IMG/VR virus record: IMGVR_UViG_3300030328_001585
Strand: one strand, 5' to 3'
Length of the DNA stretch: 64,000 bases
From: an uncultured virus (IMG/VR IMGVR_UViG_3300030328_001585)
Lineage: Duplodnaviria > Heunggongvirae > Uroviricota > Caudoviricetes
A model generated the notes under the pieces. It had not been told where the DNA came from and searched no databases. It saw only the letters and a program-made list of their open reading frames with translations. A program made the position numbers and the translations under genes. Positions 1-10,205 of the stretch are shown in pieces (positions within the stretch are counted from its first letter, which is position 1; each line of letters begins with the position of its first letter).

Positions 1-3000
1 AACTTCTAAACCACAATCTGGAGTATGACCACCAGTTCCAATATACCCTGCAAAAGTTGCATTACCGTCTTGACCTATAGTTAATCTTCTTGTAGGTGAA
101 GAAGCACCATCAGCGGTTGTCCAGAATTCTAAATTTCCCGGCATATCTGATGAGCCAGGGGTTCCATCTACAATACTACGAATATCCGCTGTTCTTCTAT
201 AAGCAGCACCGTCGTAACCATAAAAACCAATTAAACCTACAGTTTCATCCGCTTGTACAATTGTTGGACTAGCACCTGTTCCACTAGATTTTCCAATGCC
301 TAAAAATGAGAAGTTTCCTGCAGTACTATTATGAGACATAATTTGAGCAGAAGCAAAAGTATTATTTTCAACATTTAAATCACCTGTTCCATAATTACCA
401 TTAGATGAAGGTGATTCTGTACCAATATTAACTTCACCAGAATCTTTTATAAATACATATCCACTATTATTGTCGTTTCCTAATTTTAATCCCGCGCTAG
501 AGACTGCTTGTACAACGTTTGTATATAATCCTTTACTACTACTTAGTAAAACATCTCCTGCAAAAGTTGCATTTTGTGAAGAATTAATCCTTAAAGCCTC
601 TGTTAAACTTCCACTATTTGCCCTTGTACAAAAATACAAATCAGTATTTCTATCTCCTGCATCTTGAAACTCAGCACCTATTCTCCCAGTTACATAACCT
701 GTAGAATTAAAAAAGTCAATAGGTATAAAGTTTCCATCTGTATTACTTGTATTTTTTAATTCTATTCCTAAATCACTACTTGCGGTAACATTTGTTTGTG
801 TGTCAGCTCCATGTTGTTTTACCCTACCTGCAAAAGTTGCATTCTTGTCTTTGTCTAGCGTCAAAGCAGTATATAATGTATCAGTTGCTTTTACTTGAAA
901 TTTTATTCTTGTTGGAAAAGTATCTGTATCCCACGTGCCATCAGCCTCTACTGAGATTCTTGCTCCTTCATTCCAACCACTTGGGTCTGCACCTTTAAAT
1001 CCTAGTCTTCCGAGTGTATCACCACTACTAATAGTAGCATCATCTCTTTCAAAGTTAAAAATAGGTGCTGAATCCTCAATTCTTATAGCTAAAGGATTAG
1101 TCATAAATCTACTACTACTTGTTGCTAGTTGTAATTTTGTTGAACCGTCTGTTTGCAAATTCATTACTGTACTTGATACTCCTTCTCCTGAATCAACATC
1201 TATATACATTGCGGTATTTCCAACTCTAATTCTACCCAATAAACTATTTGTAGTATCTGTTATTGTAAGCTTAGGAGTAGATGCTCCTGAAATATTTACA
1301 TCACCTGCAAAAGTTGCATTACTACTATTATCTAATGTAAGAACATCATTTGTTCCAAAAGCAGCAGAACGGGATATTTTAAATGCAGTTGCACTTCTAT
1401 CAATTCCTGCTATCCAATCTAATTGACCTTGAGTTTCAAATGTTATTTTTGCATCATCAGCAGCATTAGTTCCTGCGTTATGTATATCTAAACCTATAGC
1501 CGCACCACCACCATCATAATATATTTGAGTAGCATCTTGTAACTGTATACCGCTATTACCTACCAATTTTAAAACACTACTTTCTGTCCTTATAGATCCA
1601 GTTGACCAAGTTATACCTATATTATTAGGCATTGTTATGGCACCTGTCATTGTACCACCAGCTAACGGTAAGAATGTACCTGATCCAGCACTTGCTACAG
1701 CAGTATCTACATAAGATTTATTAGCAGCATCAGTACTTGCTGATACTGTGTCTACACCTTGTATACGTCCTGTGCCTCCTAAAGTTATATCACCGCCTGA
1801 GACTGTTATGTCACCTGCAAAAGTTGCAGATGAACTTGTGACTGTAAGTTGTGCAGTGCCCGCTGTTTTTAATTGAATATTAGCACCAGCCCCACCACCT
1901 GTATTACTGTCTACGTTTAAAGCTAAAACATCTCCTACAGAATTAATATTACCTGCAACAGAATCTGTACCTAGTGTTATGTCTCCTCCAGTCACAGTTA
2001 CATCACCTGTAAAAGTTGCATTTCTAGATGAATCTAAGAAAAGAGCACGAGAGTTATCACCTCCTGATATAGAACCAGTGAGAAAATCTAATTGTGTAGA
2101 AACAATATCTAAATCATGGTTTGAGCCTAAGTTAGTATTATGAGCCATGATTCTACTAGTACCACCAACAGTGGCTTGTATTTTTACTTGATGATTACTA
2201 CTTGCGTCCCTAACAGAGAGAATACCTTGAGTTTCTAAATTTCCTGCAAATGTACTAGTAGCTGAAGCATTACCAACCGCTATTCCACTATTAAAATGTG
2301 CCCAACCAGCGTCTGACATGTCTAGTCTAAGAGCAGTTATACCAGAGCCGTTATCAAAGCCATCAAATTTAATATCTTTATCATTTGTAGCTGCTTTTAT
2401 TATAAAATCAAAACCGCTGTGTTGAAGAGTACCAAACGTAGAACCAGCATCTTTTAAGAAAACATCACCACCATCAGCATCTAAAGTTATATCACCACCA
2501 ACGTCTATAGTAAAATTACTAGGACTTACAAGTTGATTTCCTGATATTGTTAAATAACCAGGTATTGCTAAGTTACCATTAAAAGTAAAACCAGATGTAC
2601 TTGTTATTGATCCAGTTCCGTTCCAATAAGCTACTCTACTTGATACTCCTGATCCACTTATGTTACCTACAGCAGTATTATCTACTTTTTGCCAAGCATC
2701 TGTAGCTTGATCTGAGAATACTGCCCAATCACCTACAGCCCAATCTGTAATACCATCTAAATTTGTAGAACCTGCAACTGATACAATATAGTAATAACCT
2801 GGGGTTCCAGATCCACTACTTAATGTTGGTGAGTTTGTACTAGCGTTCCACACGCCTTGATAACTTAATACTCCTGTTAGTGAAGTATCAACATATGCTT
2901 TAATACTTTGTTGTGTAGCCAGTGATGTTGCACTATTACTAGCCATATCGTCTTCATCTAATATCTGTGTTACAGTAGCACCAGTATTACCTAATTTTAC

Positions 3001-6000
3001 TCCACTATTACTTACTTCTAATCTTTCACTACCGCCTGTTGCTACTCTCCATAAATCATTACCATGGAATCCAAAATAAGTATTTGTATCACCTGAATGA
3101 ATAATATTGGCGGTAATAGTAACATCAGTTCCTGTAACATTTAAATTTCCTCCAAGTGTTGTTAAACCACTTGCTACTGTAAATGTAGCTCCATTATATA
3201 TTGTAACGTTTCTACCACTATCTCCTATGTATGTATGATCTGTACCAGCTGTTGCTCCACCAACATAAAAATTATCTGCAGCACCAATATGACCAGTTCC
3301 AGTCATGTATATATTACCTGCAAAAGTAGAATTACCACTAGCAATAGTAATTACAGATCCAGAACTATTATCACCAATAGTAGTTGCAGATCCACTGTGG
3401 GTTAATATAGAGTTTCCACCCCACATTAAATACTTACCATCGTCTAAATTAATATGATTTGAAAAACTTGCAATACCAGTGTTGGCTACTTCTAAAAATG
3501 CTTGAGCCGTTGTAGCAGCAGAAGTATCTAAAGATGCACCCGCAACTCTACCTAACATCCACGTATCAGCATCTTGGTATTGAGTACCTGTGTACCAAGT
3601 AGAGTCATCACCTTCATTAAACATAAATACACCCTGACCTCTAGCCTCTGGGGTGTCTGTAGTTGAACTTTTAAGTACAATAGCACCTTGCGTGTGACTA
3701 GTACCTGACCCAGTAATAACAAGACCAGTATTACCACCTGTTACAGAAATACCTGTATTTGTAGTTCCAAATTTTAAACTTCCATTATAATATAAGAAGC
3801 TACCTCCCCCACCAGTGAATTGAGCCATTTCTAATCCATCACTACTTCTTTGTACATATAAACTATCACTAGCTCTTAAATAAAAATTACCTGTTCCAGT
3901 TTCTCTTATAAATGAGTTAGAACCATCATGATATATCTCTAAATCTCCAGGAGTAGCTACATCTCCAAAAGTAAGTTTTACATTATCATTGAAATTAGCT
4001 CCTTGAAAAAATCTTGTTAATTCAACTCCTCCGTCCAAACTCATATATTCCTTCGTACCATTAGTAGAGTTGGTTGCTCTAAATGATGTATTACCATCAC
4101 TAATTAAATTTCTAAATTCTATATTAGAACCATCACAAAAGATCCTTGAATCATTACTACCACCTGAACCTAAATTAATGTCAACATTGTCATTATATAT
4201 GACAGCTCCTGTCATTGTACCTCCTGCAAGAGGTAAAAATGTTCCAGAACCTGAACCACTAACAGCATTATCTACATAGGTTTTACTTGCTGCATCTGTT
4301 CCAGCTGAGACAGTATCAATTCCCTGAATCCTGCCTGTTCCACTTAAAATTATATCACCACCTGAAACTGTTAAATCATTTCCAACAGTTACACTACTTG
4401 CAGTAACTATTCCAGCATTAAAATGTGCCCAACCTGAATCTGACATATCTAAAGTAAGAGCTGTTATAGTAGAACCACCGTCATTACCTTTAAAGATAAT
4501 ATCTTTATCTGATGTAATATTTCGTATAACAGTATTTTGAGAATCATTACTTAATCTACCAAATTCAGCACTGCTTGCTCCTCTTAATACAATATCATTC
4601 CCACCTGAATCTAATCTTAAATCATCTACTGAAGAAATAGTAAAATCTCCACTGCCACTTTCTGTAAGTGTTGCAGCATTACTACCATCACCTGTAACTT
4701 TTATTGATCCTGTTACTTCTACTCCAGTACTAACAGTTCTAAATTTTTGTGAAGCATCATAATAAAGATTAACTGCACCACCATCAGTAGCAATAATCAT
4801 ATTTTTTGTATCAGCAGAATTATTTACAACAAAATCAGTAGCATTAATAGTTAAATGTCCTGACCCAACATCTTTAATTCTACTATGAGAACCATCGTGA
4901 TATATTTGTAAATCCCCTGAATCTCCAAATTCAGCTTTTACATCATCTATAAATGCAAAATTTTTACTTGCTATAACTTTAGTAGCACCACCATCAACTC
5001 TAAAATATTGTGCTAACCCTCCAGAACCGTCATCTGAATAAAATATAATATCACCGTCTGTTGCAGTATTTTTAATATTTAAATTACCTGTAAGATTTGA
5101 AACTTCTGAATTAGTACCGTCATGTTTTATTTGTAAATCATCAGAAGAACCTAAACTCAATATTTTACTATCTATTATTCTAAGATTTTTATTTGATACA
5201 TTTCTTCCACCACTACCATCTAAATAGAAATATGTTTCTACTCCACCAGAGCCATCGTCAGATTTAAAAATAATATCTTTATCATCTGTATAATTTATGA
5301 TTGTTAAATCTCCTGTACTATTTTGAATGTAAGACTGTGTACCATTATGAAATAACTCTAAATCTTGTCCAGCACCTAATTTTAAATTAAAATTATCTGG
5401 AAAAATAACACCATTTGTACCAGTCATTGTTCCACCAGCTAAAGGTAAGTAAGAGCCAACACCCGTAGATACAGCGTTGTCTACATATGTTTTATTTGCA
5501 GCGTCTGTTCCTGATGATACGGTATCAACACCCTGTATTCTACCTGTACCTAATAATGATACACCACCACCACTTACAACTAAATCATTAGTTAATTCTA
5601 AATCACCGCTACTAAAAGTAGCTCTAATAGTTGAATTTTGTTGAACTTGAAATTTACCGTTTGAATCATTATAGATATACCAATCATCATCACTTGCATT
5701 TACAAACTGTATATTAGGTGAAGCTCCAGCTCCATCATCTAAAACTATATTACCAGTCATGGTGCCACCACCAAGCTCTAGATATCTCCCATCTAGATCT
5801 ACAGTTAATGTTGTAGTATTATGTCTATAAAGAGAAAGTATACCTGTACCTGTAGCAAATCCTACTGAACTTACATAATAGTTATCATTAGTATCAGTAC
5901 CTGTTATAGTTAATGTATCTCCTGAAACAGCTGTTGTTACACTACCTGCTCCTATTATAGTTAATGTATCATCATTATTGTCTGCAACTGCTGTACCTGA

Positions 6001-6306
6001 ATCAGATGCTACATTCTTAAATATGTTTTGTGATGAACCTCTATCTGCGTTAGTAAGAGTTATGGTACCAGATGATGTTACAGTTCCACTTCCAGATAGT
6101 CCAGTAGTTCCTTGTACAGTAACTGAAGTAACGCTACCATCTCCAGTACCAGCACCAATATCACTACGTACTTGAGCACCTGTTCTATATTTTACAACAC
6201 CACTATCAGAAACTAAAAATTTATCTGTATCAGAAGAGGCATTGGCTATAGAACTTACTGTCAGCGTACCTGTTATGGATTGACTATTTAAGAAGTTTAT
6301 TGCCAT
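1..6306 (-). CDS. Very long modular tail fibre / receptor-binding protein, partial (>2,100 aa, C-terminus beyond the left edge)
   Basis: ATG at 6306 (MAINFLNSQSITGTLTVSS...). The frame was open at every position checked down to base 1, and its absence from the ORF track is consistent with no stop inside the window. Gly/Ser/Thr-rich with recurrent fibre motifs LPLAGGTMTG, DAANKxYVD, DLxIxHxG and ATFAG. Confidence 0.9.
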   Translation of the reverse strand, partial: MAINFLNSQSITGTLTVSSIANASSDTDKFLVSDSGVVKYRTGAQVRSDIGAGTGDGSVTSVTVQGTTGLSGSGTVTSSGTITLTNADRGSSQNIFKNVASDSGTAVADNNDDTLTIIGAGSVTTAVSGDTLTITGTDTNDNYYVSSVGFATGTGILSLYRHNTTTLTVDLDGRYLELGGGTMTGNIVLDDGAGASPNIQFVNASDDDWYIYNDSNGKFQVQQNSTIRATFSSGDLELTNDLVVSGGGVSLLGTGRIQGVDTVSSGTDAANKTYVDNAVSTGVGSYLPLAGGTMTGTNGVIFPDNFNLKLGAGQDLELFHNGTQSYIQNSTGDLTIINYTDDKDIIFKSDDGSGGVETYFYLDGSGGRNVSNKNLRIIDSKILSLGSSDDLQIKHDGTNSEVSNLTGNLNIKNTATDGDIIFYSDDGSGGLAQYFRVDGGATKVIASKNFAFIDDVKAEFGDSGDLQIYHDGSHSRIKDVGSGHLTINATDFVVNNSADTKNMIIATDGGAVNLYYDASQKFRTVSTGVEVTGSIKVTGDGSNAATLTESGSGDFTISSVDDLRLDSGGNDIVLRGASSAEFGRLSNDSQNTVIRNITSDKDIIFKGNDGGSTITALTLDMSDSGWAHFNAGIVTASSVTVGNDLTVSGGDIILSGTGRIQGIDTVSAGTDAASKTYVDNAVSGSGSGTFLPLAGGTMTGAVIYNDNVDINLGSGGSNDSRIFCDGSNIEFRNLISDGNTSFRATNSTNGTKEYMSLDGGVELTRFFQGANFNDNVKLTFGDVATPGDLEIYHDGSNSFIRETGTGNFYLRASDSLYVQRSSDGLEMAQFTGGGGSFLYYNGSLKFGTTNTGISVTGGNTGLVITGSGTSHTQGAIVLKSSTTDTPEARGQGVFMFNEGDDSTWYTGTQYQDADTWMLGRVAGASLDTSAATTAQAFLEVANTGIASFSNHINLDDGKYLMWGGNSILTHSGSATTIGDNSSGSVITIASGNSTFAGNIYMTGTGHIGAADNFYVGGATAGTDHTYIGDSGRNVTIYNGATFTVASGLTTLGGNLNVTGTDVTITANIIHSGDTNTYFGFHGNDLWRVATGGSERLEVSNSGVKLGNTGATVTQILDEDDMASNSATSLATQQSIKAYVDTSLTGVLSYQGVWNASTNSPTLSSGSGTPGYYYIVSVAGSTNLDGITDWAVGDWAVFSDQATDAWQKVDNTAVGNISGSGVSSRVAYWNGTGSITSTSGFTFNGNLAIPGYLTISGNQLVSPSNFTIDVGGDITLDADGGDVFLKDAGSTFGTLQHSGFDFIIKAATNDKDIKFDGFDNGSGITALRLDMSDAGWAHFNSGIAVGNASATSTFAGNLETQGILSVRDASSNHQVKIQATVGGTSRIMAHNTNLGSNHDLDIVSTQLDFLTGSISGGDNSRALFLDSSRNATFTGDVTVTGGDITLGTDSVAGNINSVGDVLALNVDSNTGGGAGANIQLKTAGTAQLTVTSSSATFAGDITVSGGDITLGGTGRIQGVDTVSASTDAANKSYVDTAVASAGSGTFLPLAGGTMTGAITMPNNIGITWSTGSIRTESSVLKLVGNSGIQLQDATQIYYDGGGAAIGLDIHNAGTNAADDAKITFETQGQLDWIAGIDRSATAFKISRSAAFGTNDVLTLDNSSNATFAGDVNISGASTPKLTITDTTNSLLGRIRVGNTAMYIDVDSGEGVSSTVMNLQTDGSTKLQLATSSSRFMTNPLAIRIEDSAPIFNFERDDATISSGDTLGRLGFKGADPSGWNEGARISVEADGTWDTDTFPTRIKFQVKATDTLYTALTLDKDKNATFAGRVKQHGADTQTNVTASSDLGIELKNTSNTDGNFIPIDFFNSTGYVTGRIGAEFQDAGDRNTDLYFCTRANSGSLTEALRINSSQNATFAGDVLLSSSKGLYTNVVQAVSSAGLKLGNDNNSGYVFIKDSGEVNIGTESPSSNGNYGTGDLNVENNTFASAQIMSHNSTAGNFSFLGIGKSSGTGASPTIVQADETVGLIGFYGYDGAAYRRTADIRSIVDGTPGSSDMPGNLEFWTTADGASSPTRRLTIGQDGNATFAGYIGTGGHTPDCGLEV
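47..3327. repeat. Dispersed direct repeat CCTGCAAAAGTTGCA (encodes ATFAG on the minus strand) within the fibre gene
   Basis: Exact copies start at 47, 557, 827, 1304 and 1814; variants at 2006, 2243 and 3317. Confidence 0.85.
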
Positions 6307-6352
6307 TTATTTTTTATTTTATTTTCAAAAATACAAAATATAAATATATTAT

Positions 6353-6381
6353 GAAAGGATGGTAGTAATTACCACCCTTTC
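6353..6381 (-). terminator. Probable intrinsic terminator or hairpin after the 768-aa fibre gene
   Basis: GAAAGGATGGTA-GTAAT-TACCACCCTTTC stem-loop in the intergenic gap. Confidence 0.55.
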
Positions 6382-6390
6382 TTTATATTA

Positions 6391-8697
6391 TTATCTTATT
6401 TTCTGCACAAGAACTCTTAAAGTATTAGCCGTAATAGTACTTGTAGTTGAGATTGTAACCTGACTTGTTGAATTTCTAACTACATCAGCATATACTGTTG
6501 CACCTGTACTCTTTTCAAAAATCTGCACTATTACATCTAAAGTACTTAAACTATGTGTTAAAGCTTCAGAACTAGCATTAGATGATGGCCAATCACTAGC
6601 AAAACTATCAGCATCTATGTGAGCTTTTAATGTGGCTGGAGTAACCATTAATTGATCTCCTGATGTACCGGCATTAACTTCTGCTTGTGTTGCTGTTTCA
6701 GCTACCCCAACTGCTCCTGTTGTAGCATTAGGTAATGTTCTTTTACTCATGGATGTAATAACACCATCAGTAACATTAATTTGATCCATAACCTCCACAC
6801 CACTTGTATCAATATCAGTATCAGTACCAATAATGTAATTAGGAGTATTTGCTAACATAGCATTTGATATACCACCTGTCTTAATTGTAATAAATCCATT
6901 TGCTGTTCCTGCAAAAGAAGCACTACTAAATCCAGCTACCCCTTTTTCTGTAGCTCCATCTGTTGCACCAACACCTGCAATATTTTGATCTTGTATAACA
7001 ATACTATAAGCTGTTTCTGCTGGATTGGAACTTGCACTAATATCTGCATTAGCATAAATCATATCACCAACCTCTACAGCTACACTACTACCATTAAAGG
7101 CTATAGTACCATCGGTAGTGACCACATAAAAGTCACCTGTAGTAAGAGCAATGTTACTTGCTCCTGCTATTGCTGGAGAGTTTGTAGTTGCATTATATCC
7201 ACCTTGGAATACACCAACTCCAGCAACAAGTGATTGTACTTGACCTAAGTTAACAGCATCAGTTGAATTAGTACCGTTAGCTAAACTAACTATTTTATTA
7301 CTACCTAAACTTATATTACCATTAGCTGCTCCAAATACGTTTAACGGAATATCACTTAAAGCTGCTTTTCTTACTGCACCACTTGCACTATCATCACCAA
7401 TTAAAATTTCATCATCTGATTCTGCATTGCCTGACATTCCAGTTGCGTCAGCAATAATACCAGTAGCAGTATAATCTACTGCAATTGTTCCAGTAGATGT
7501 TATAGTACCACCTGTAAGACCTGCTCCTGTTGCTACACTTGTTACACCATCTACTGGTAAAGTAGCTAATGTTAAGTTACCTAAGATTACTTGTGATGAT
7601 GTACCTGCACCTGCTATATTAATATTTCCTGCACCAGTAATAGGTGTATTTGTAATTGTAAGTGCACTACCTGTTTCAGTAATCCCAACACTTGTTACAG
7701 TACCTTGTGGTGCTAAACTTGTTATATCACTAACTAAGGCTTTTTTAGTTGAATTGTCAGATGCATCTACTAATGCTACAAAATCTGCTGCTACCGCTGT
7801 AACAGTAGATAGTTCATTAAGATCTAAACTATATGTTAATGTATTTGGAGATGCACTAGCTGCTACTGCATCTAAACCTGTTCCTCCAATAAAGTCAACT
7901 GTTTCTCCATCTCCTATATCTACAGCTGTACCACCATCACCTTTAAGTTTCCAATCTGTATATGCTCCTGCTGGAGTTGCCCATGCATTATCACCTCTAA
8001 GGAATTTAGTAGCACTTGGTGTTCCTGATGCAGAAAGGTCTGCTGTAATAGTACCAGTAGTTGTAATAGTACCACCTGATACATCTATAAATGTACCATT
8101 AGATGTAGCAACAGAAGTTACTGTACCATCTTTTCCAAAACCAGGCATATCTTCAATTAATGCTTTCTTAATAGTATTATCTGTTGCATCTGAGAACCAT
8201 ACTGTATCTCCTCCTACTGGTGTAGCTCCTGTTGCTGCTAGAATTGCATTGTCAGTTCCGGCATAATCAATGTTGACTGTTGGAGTAACACTTGCTGATC
8301 CAGAAATTGTAATTCCAGTTCCTCCTGATACAGAAGTTACTGTACCTGCCGCTGAATCTGTTGCAGAAATTGTTATTTGTGTAGCACTTGTTCTAGTTAT
8401 AGTTACATTAGTACCACCTGTAAGTGTAACATCATCATTAGTTCCATCTGAACCAGCTAACCTAATTGCCGTTGTAGCAGCTGGCACACTTAGATCATAA
8501 GTTGTGTTAGAATCAGTTCCAGATTGTAAAGCTACCCAAGCACCATTAGCACGTAAGTATAATTTATGTACACCTGAATCATAATAAATTTGTCCATTTC
8601 CATATACGGTTGGGGCAGATCCTAATGGTTGAATAATTGCATTTTGCAATTGACTTCCAAAAAGATTTATATTTTGTAAGAATTTTATACTTGCCAT
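6391..8697 (-). CDS. Virion fibre / structural protein (768 aa)
   Basis: GTVTSV repeats, FLRGDxxW, DAVNLGQV and a GxYNATTNSP module; modules shared with the fibre at 53632-57288. Confidence 0.8.
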   Translation of the reverse strand: MASIKFLQNINLFGSQLQNAIIQPLGSAPTVYGNGQIYYDSGVHKLYLRANGAWVALQSGTDSNTTYDLSVPAATTAIRLAGSDGTNDDVTLTGGTNVTITRTSATQITISATDSAAGTVTSVSGGTGITISGSASVTPTVNIDYAGTDNAILAATGATPVGGDTVWFSDATDNTIKKALIEDMPGFGKDGTVTSVATSNGTFIDVSGGTITTTGTITADLSASGTPSATKFLRGDNAWATPAGAYTDWKLKGDGGTAVDIGDGETVDFIGGTGLDAVAASASPNTLTYSLDLNELSTVTAVAADFVALVDASDNSTKKALVSDITSLAPQGTVTSVGITETGSALTITNTPITGAGNINIAGAGTSSQVILGNLTLATLPVDGVTSVATGAGLTGGTITSTGTIAVDYTATGIIADATGMSGNAESDDEILIGDDSASGAVRKAALSDIPLNVFGAANGNISLGSNKIVSLANGTNSTDAVNLGQVQSLVAGVGVFQGGYNATTNSPAIAGASNIALTTGDFYVVTTDGTIAFNGSSVAVEVGDMIYANADISASSNPAETAYSIVIQDQNIAGVGATDGATEKGVAGFSSASFAGTANGFITIKTGGISNAMLANTPNYIIGTDTDIDTSGVEVMDQINVTDGVITSMSKRTLPNATTGAVGVAETATQAEVNAGTSGDQLMVTPATLKAHIDADSFASDWPSSNASSEALTHSLSTLDVIVQIFEKSTGATVYADVVRNSTSQVTISTTSTITANTLRVLVQKIR

Positions 8698-8741
8698 GAT
8701 TACTTATTTTAATTTATTTTGTTTATTATTAATTATATTTT

Positions 8742-9287
8742 TTAATTTAAAAATGCACATCCAGAAAATGCTGAATTAAATGTAAGTACTACAATATTAG
8801 AATTTGTATAATCTATATCTCCTATCACTACACTATTTCCACTATCAACTACCGTAACAGATGGGTACTTACCTAAATTATGTGTGATTGTCCATTGCAC
8901 GGATGCTGCATCTTGACAATAAGTATAAGTTCCGGTGTCTGCTAATATATCTTCTAAGTCTAGTATAGTACAAACATTAGTACTTATAACTGGACAAGAA
9001 ACGCTGGCTGTTTCATTTACTTGTGCAATTGGCTCTAAGAATACATTATCATCATTTGTTGCTACTATGATTTTATCACTCTTAGCGTTTTGCCAATCAC
9101 ATATATCTTTATCTAATATAGCATCTTCAAAATCTGTAAAGCAACATGAACTAATACCAAATTTCACTGACTTAAAATTTGCATATGCTTGATTTGCAAA
9201 ATTTTGTTCAATCTGTATTCTTTTCATCAAAGAATTATGTTCTTTCTGACTAGTATTAGCTGATGATACTACACTGGAAGTTGCCAT
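8742..9287 (-). CDS. Putative structural protein with C-terminal 'WTITHNLG..PSVTVVD' beta domain
   Basis: 181-aa ORF in the virion operon; its C-terminal domain resembles the C-terminus of 6391-8697. Confidence 0.65.
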   Translation of the reverse strand: MATSSVVSSANTSQKEHNSLMKRIQIEQNFANQAYANFKSVKFGISSCCFTDFEDAILDKDICDWQNAKSDKIIVATNDDNVFLEPIAQVNETASVSCPVISTNVCTILDLEDILADTGTYTYCQDAASVQWTITHNLGKYPSVTVVDSGNSVVIGDIDYTNSNIVVLTFNSAFSGCAFLN

Positions 9288-9288
9288 A

Positions 9289-9483
9289 TTATTTATTTCT
9301 TAAATCTACTATTTGTTGTCTAGCTAATTCCAAACCTCTTGTTCTTGTAGGATCTGAATCAGCTGAATTATTTCTTTTTGCTTTGTAGTTGGTGACACAT
9401 GTCTTACAGACTGCAACCCCCTCTACTGTTGCTTTTTGACATCCACAAGTGAATTGTCTATTACAATGGGCACAATTGCTCAT
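9289..9483 (-). CDS. Small Cys-rich (zinc-binding-like) hypothetical protein
   Basis: CxxC...CxC...CxxC in 64 aa; tightly packed in the operon. Confidence 0.7.
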   Translation of the reverse strand: MSNCAHCNRQFTCGCQKATVEGVAVCKTCVTNYKAKRNNSADSDPTRTRGLELARQQIVDLRNK

Positions 9484-9503
9484 AATTTAGTTGGTTTAAA
9501 TTA

Positions 9504-10079
9504 TTACTTATAGTATGGATTTTTATTCCCACAATCTCCTGTTGGACAAATAATCCTATTTAGTCTTGTTTTTGCATAGTTATACAATTGCATACCTTGA
9601 GCTGCAGATTGACAATATTCAACATTAGATACTGCTGCATCAATCATAGTTCTAATATATCCTAATTCAGCTAATAAAGATTGTTTAGTGGAATTGGGTT
9701 GGCATGCATGTACATCTAAATCACATAATACTTCATAATATGATGTAAGTAATGCAGTCACTCTCAAATGATTATACTCAACATAAACTTTCTCATTTGG
9801 TGAAACACTATATCTAATAATATATATTCCATCAGGAATATTTTGTTGAGTGTCTCCACATTTTGTTTTTTGAAGGTTAAGAGCACATGCTGTTAAACAC
9901 ATATCAAAACCGTTATCTACTTTTACTAATACTGGAGTTGAATATCCAGGTAGAGTTATTTGCAATTCTTCACAATCTATTGCTAGTTCTTTAGAGTATT
10001 GACTAGTATCTTTAATACATAACAGATTGCAGTTAGATACTGTTGGAATCTCTAGACTTAATATATGTTTATTGGCCAT
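9504..10079 (-). CDS. Cys-rich hypothetical protein, probably virion or assembly
   Basis: 191-aa ORF directly downstream of a putative late-promoter motif. Confidence 0.75.
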   Translation of the reverse strand: MANKHILSLEIPTVSNCNLLCIKDTSQYSKELAIDCEELQITLPGYSTPVLVKVDNGFDMCLTACALNLQKTKCGDTQQNIPDGIYIIRYSVSPNEKVYVEYNHLRVTALLTSYYEVLCDLDVHACQPNSTKQSLLAELGYIRTMIDAAVSNVEYCQSAAQGMQLYNYAKTRLNRIICPTGDCGNKNPYYK

Positions 10080-10106
10080 TTGAATTTACTTTAGTGTACT
10101 ATATAG

Positions 10107-10121
10107 ATAATATACAAAAAA
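10107..10121 (-). promoter_or_regulatory. Putative phage late-promoter motif TTTTTTGTATATTAT
   Basis: The same motif recurs upstream of minus-strand virion genes at 11893, 61007 and 61094, with variants at 17102 and 27642. Confidence 0.6.
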
Positions 10122-10143
10122 TTCAACAGAATATAAAATAAAA

Positions 10144-10169
10144 AGAGCAGGAGATTTTTCCCCTGCTCT
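10144..10169 (-). terminator. Intrinsic terminator after the auxiliary capsid gene
   Basis: AGAGCAGG/CCTGCTCT stem followed by a U-tract on the minus strand. Confidence 0.7.
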
Positions 10170-10205
10170 AATTAAAATTCTAAGATTAATTAAATTAATT
10201 AAATC

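Noticed and set aside
47..3327. ATFAG repeats considered as a CRISPR array, shufflon or diversity-generating retroelement
   Set aside because: The repeats are 15 bp, in frame within a CDS, irregularly spaced by hundreds of bp and all in direct orientation; no invertase, reverse transcriptase or TR/VR pair was seen.
470..9192. Plus-strand ORFs in the track (470-667, 935-1426, 4070-4279, 7754-8266 and others) and the off-frame minus-strand ORF 3552-3737
   Set aside because: They are antisense or off-frame shadows of the long fibre and structural genes, mostly with TTG/GTG starts and no recognisable motifs.
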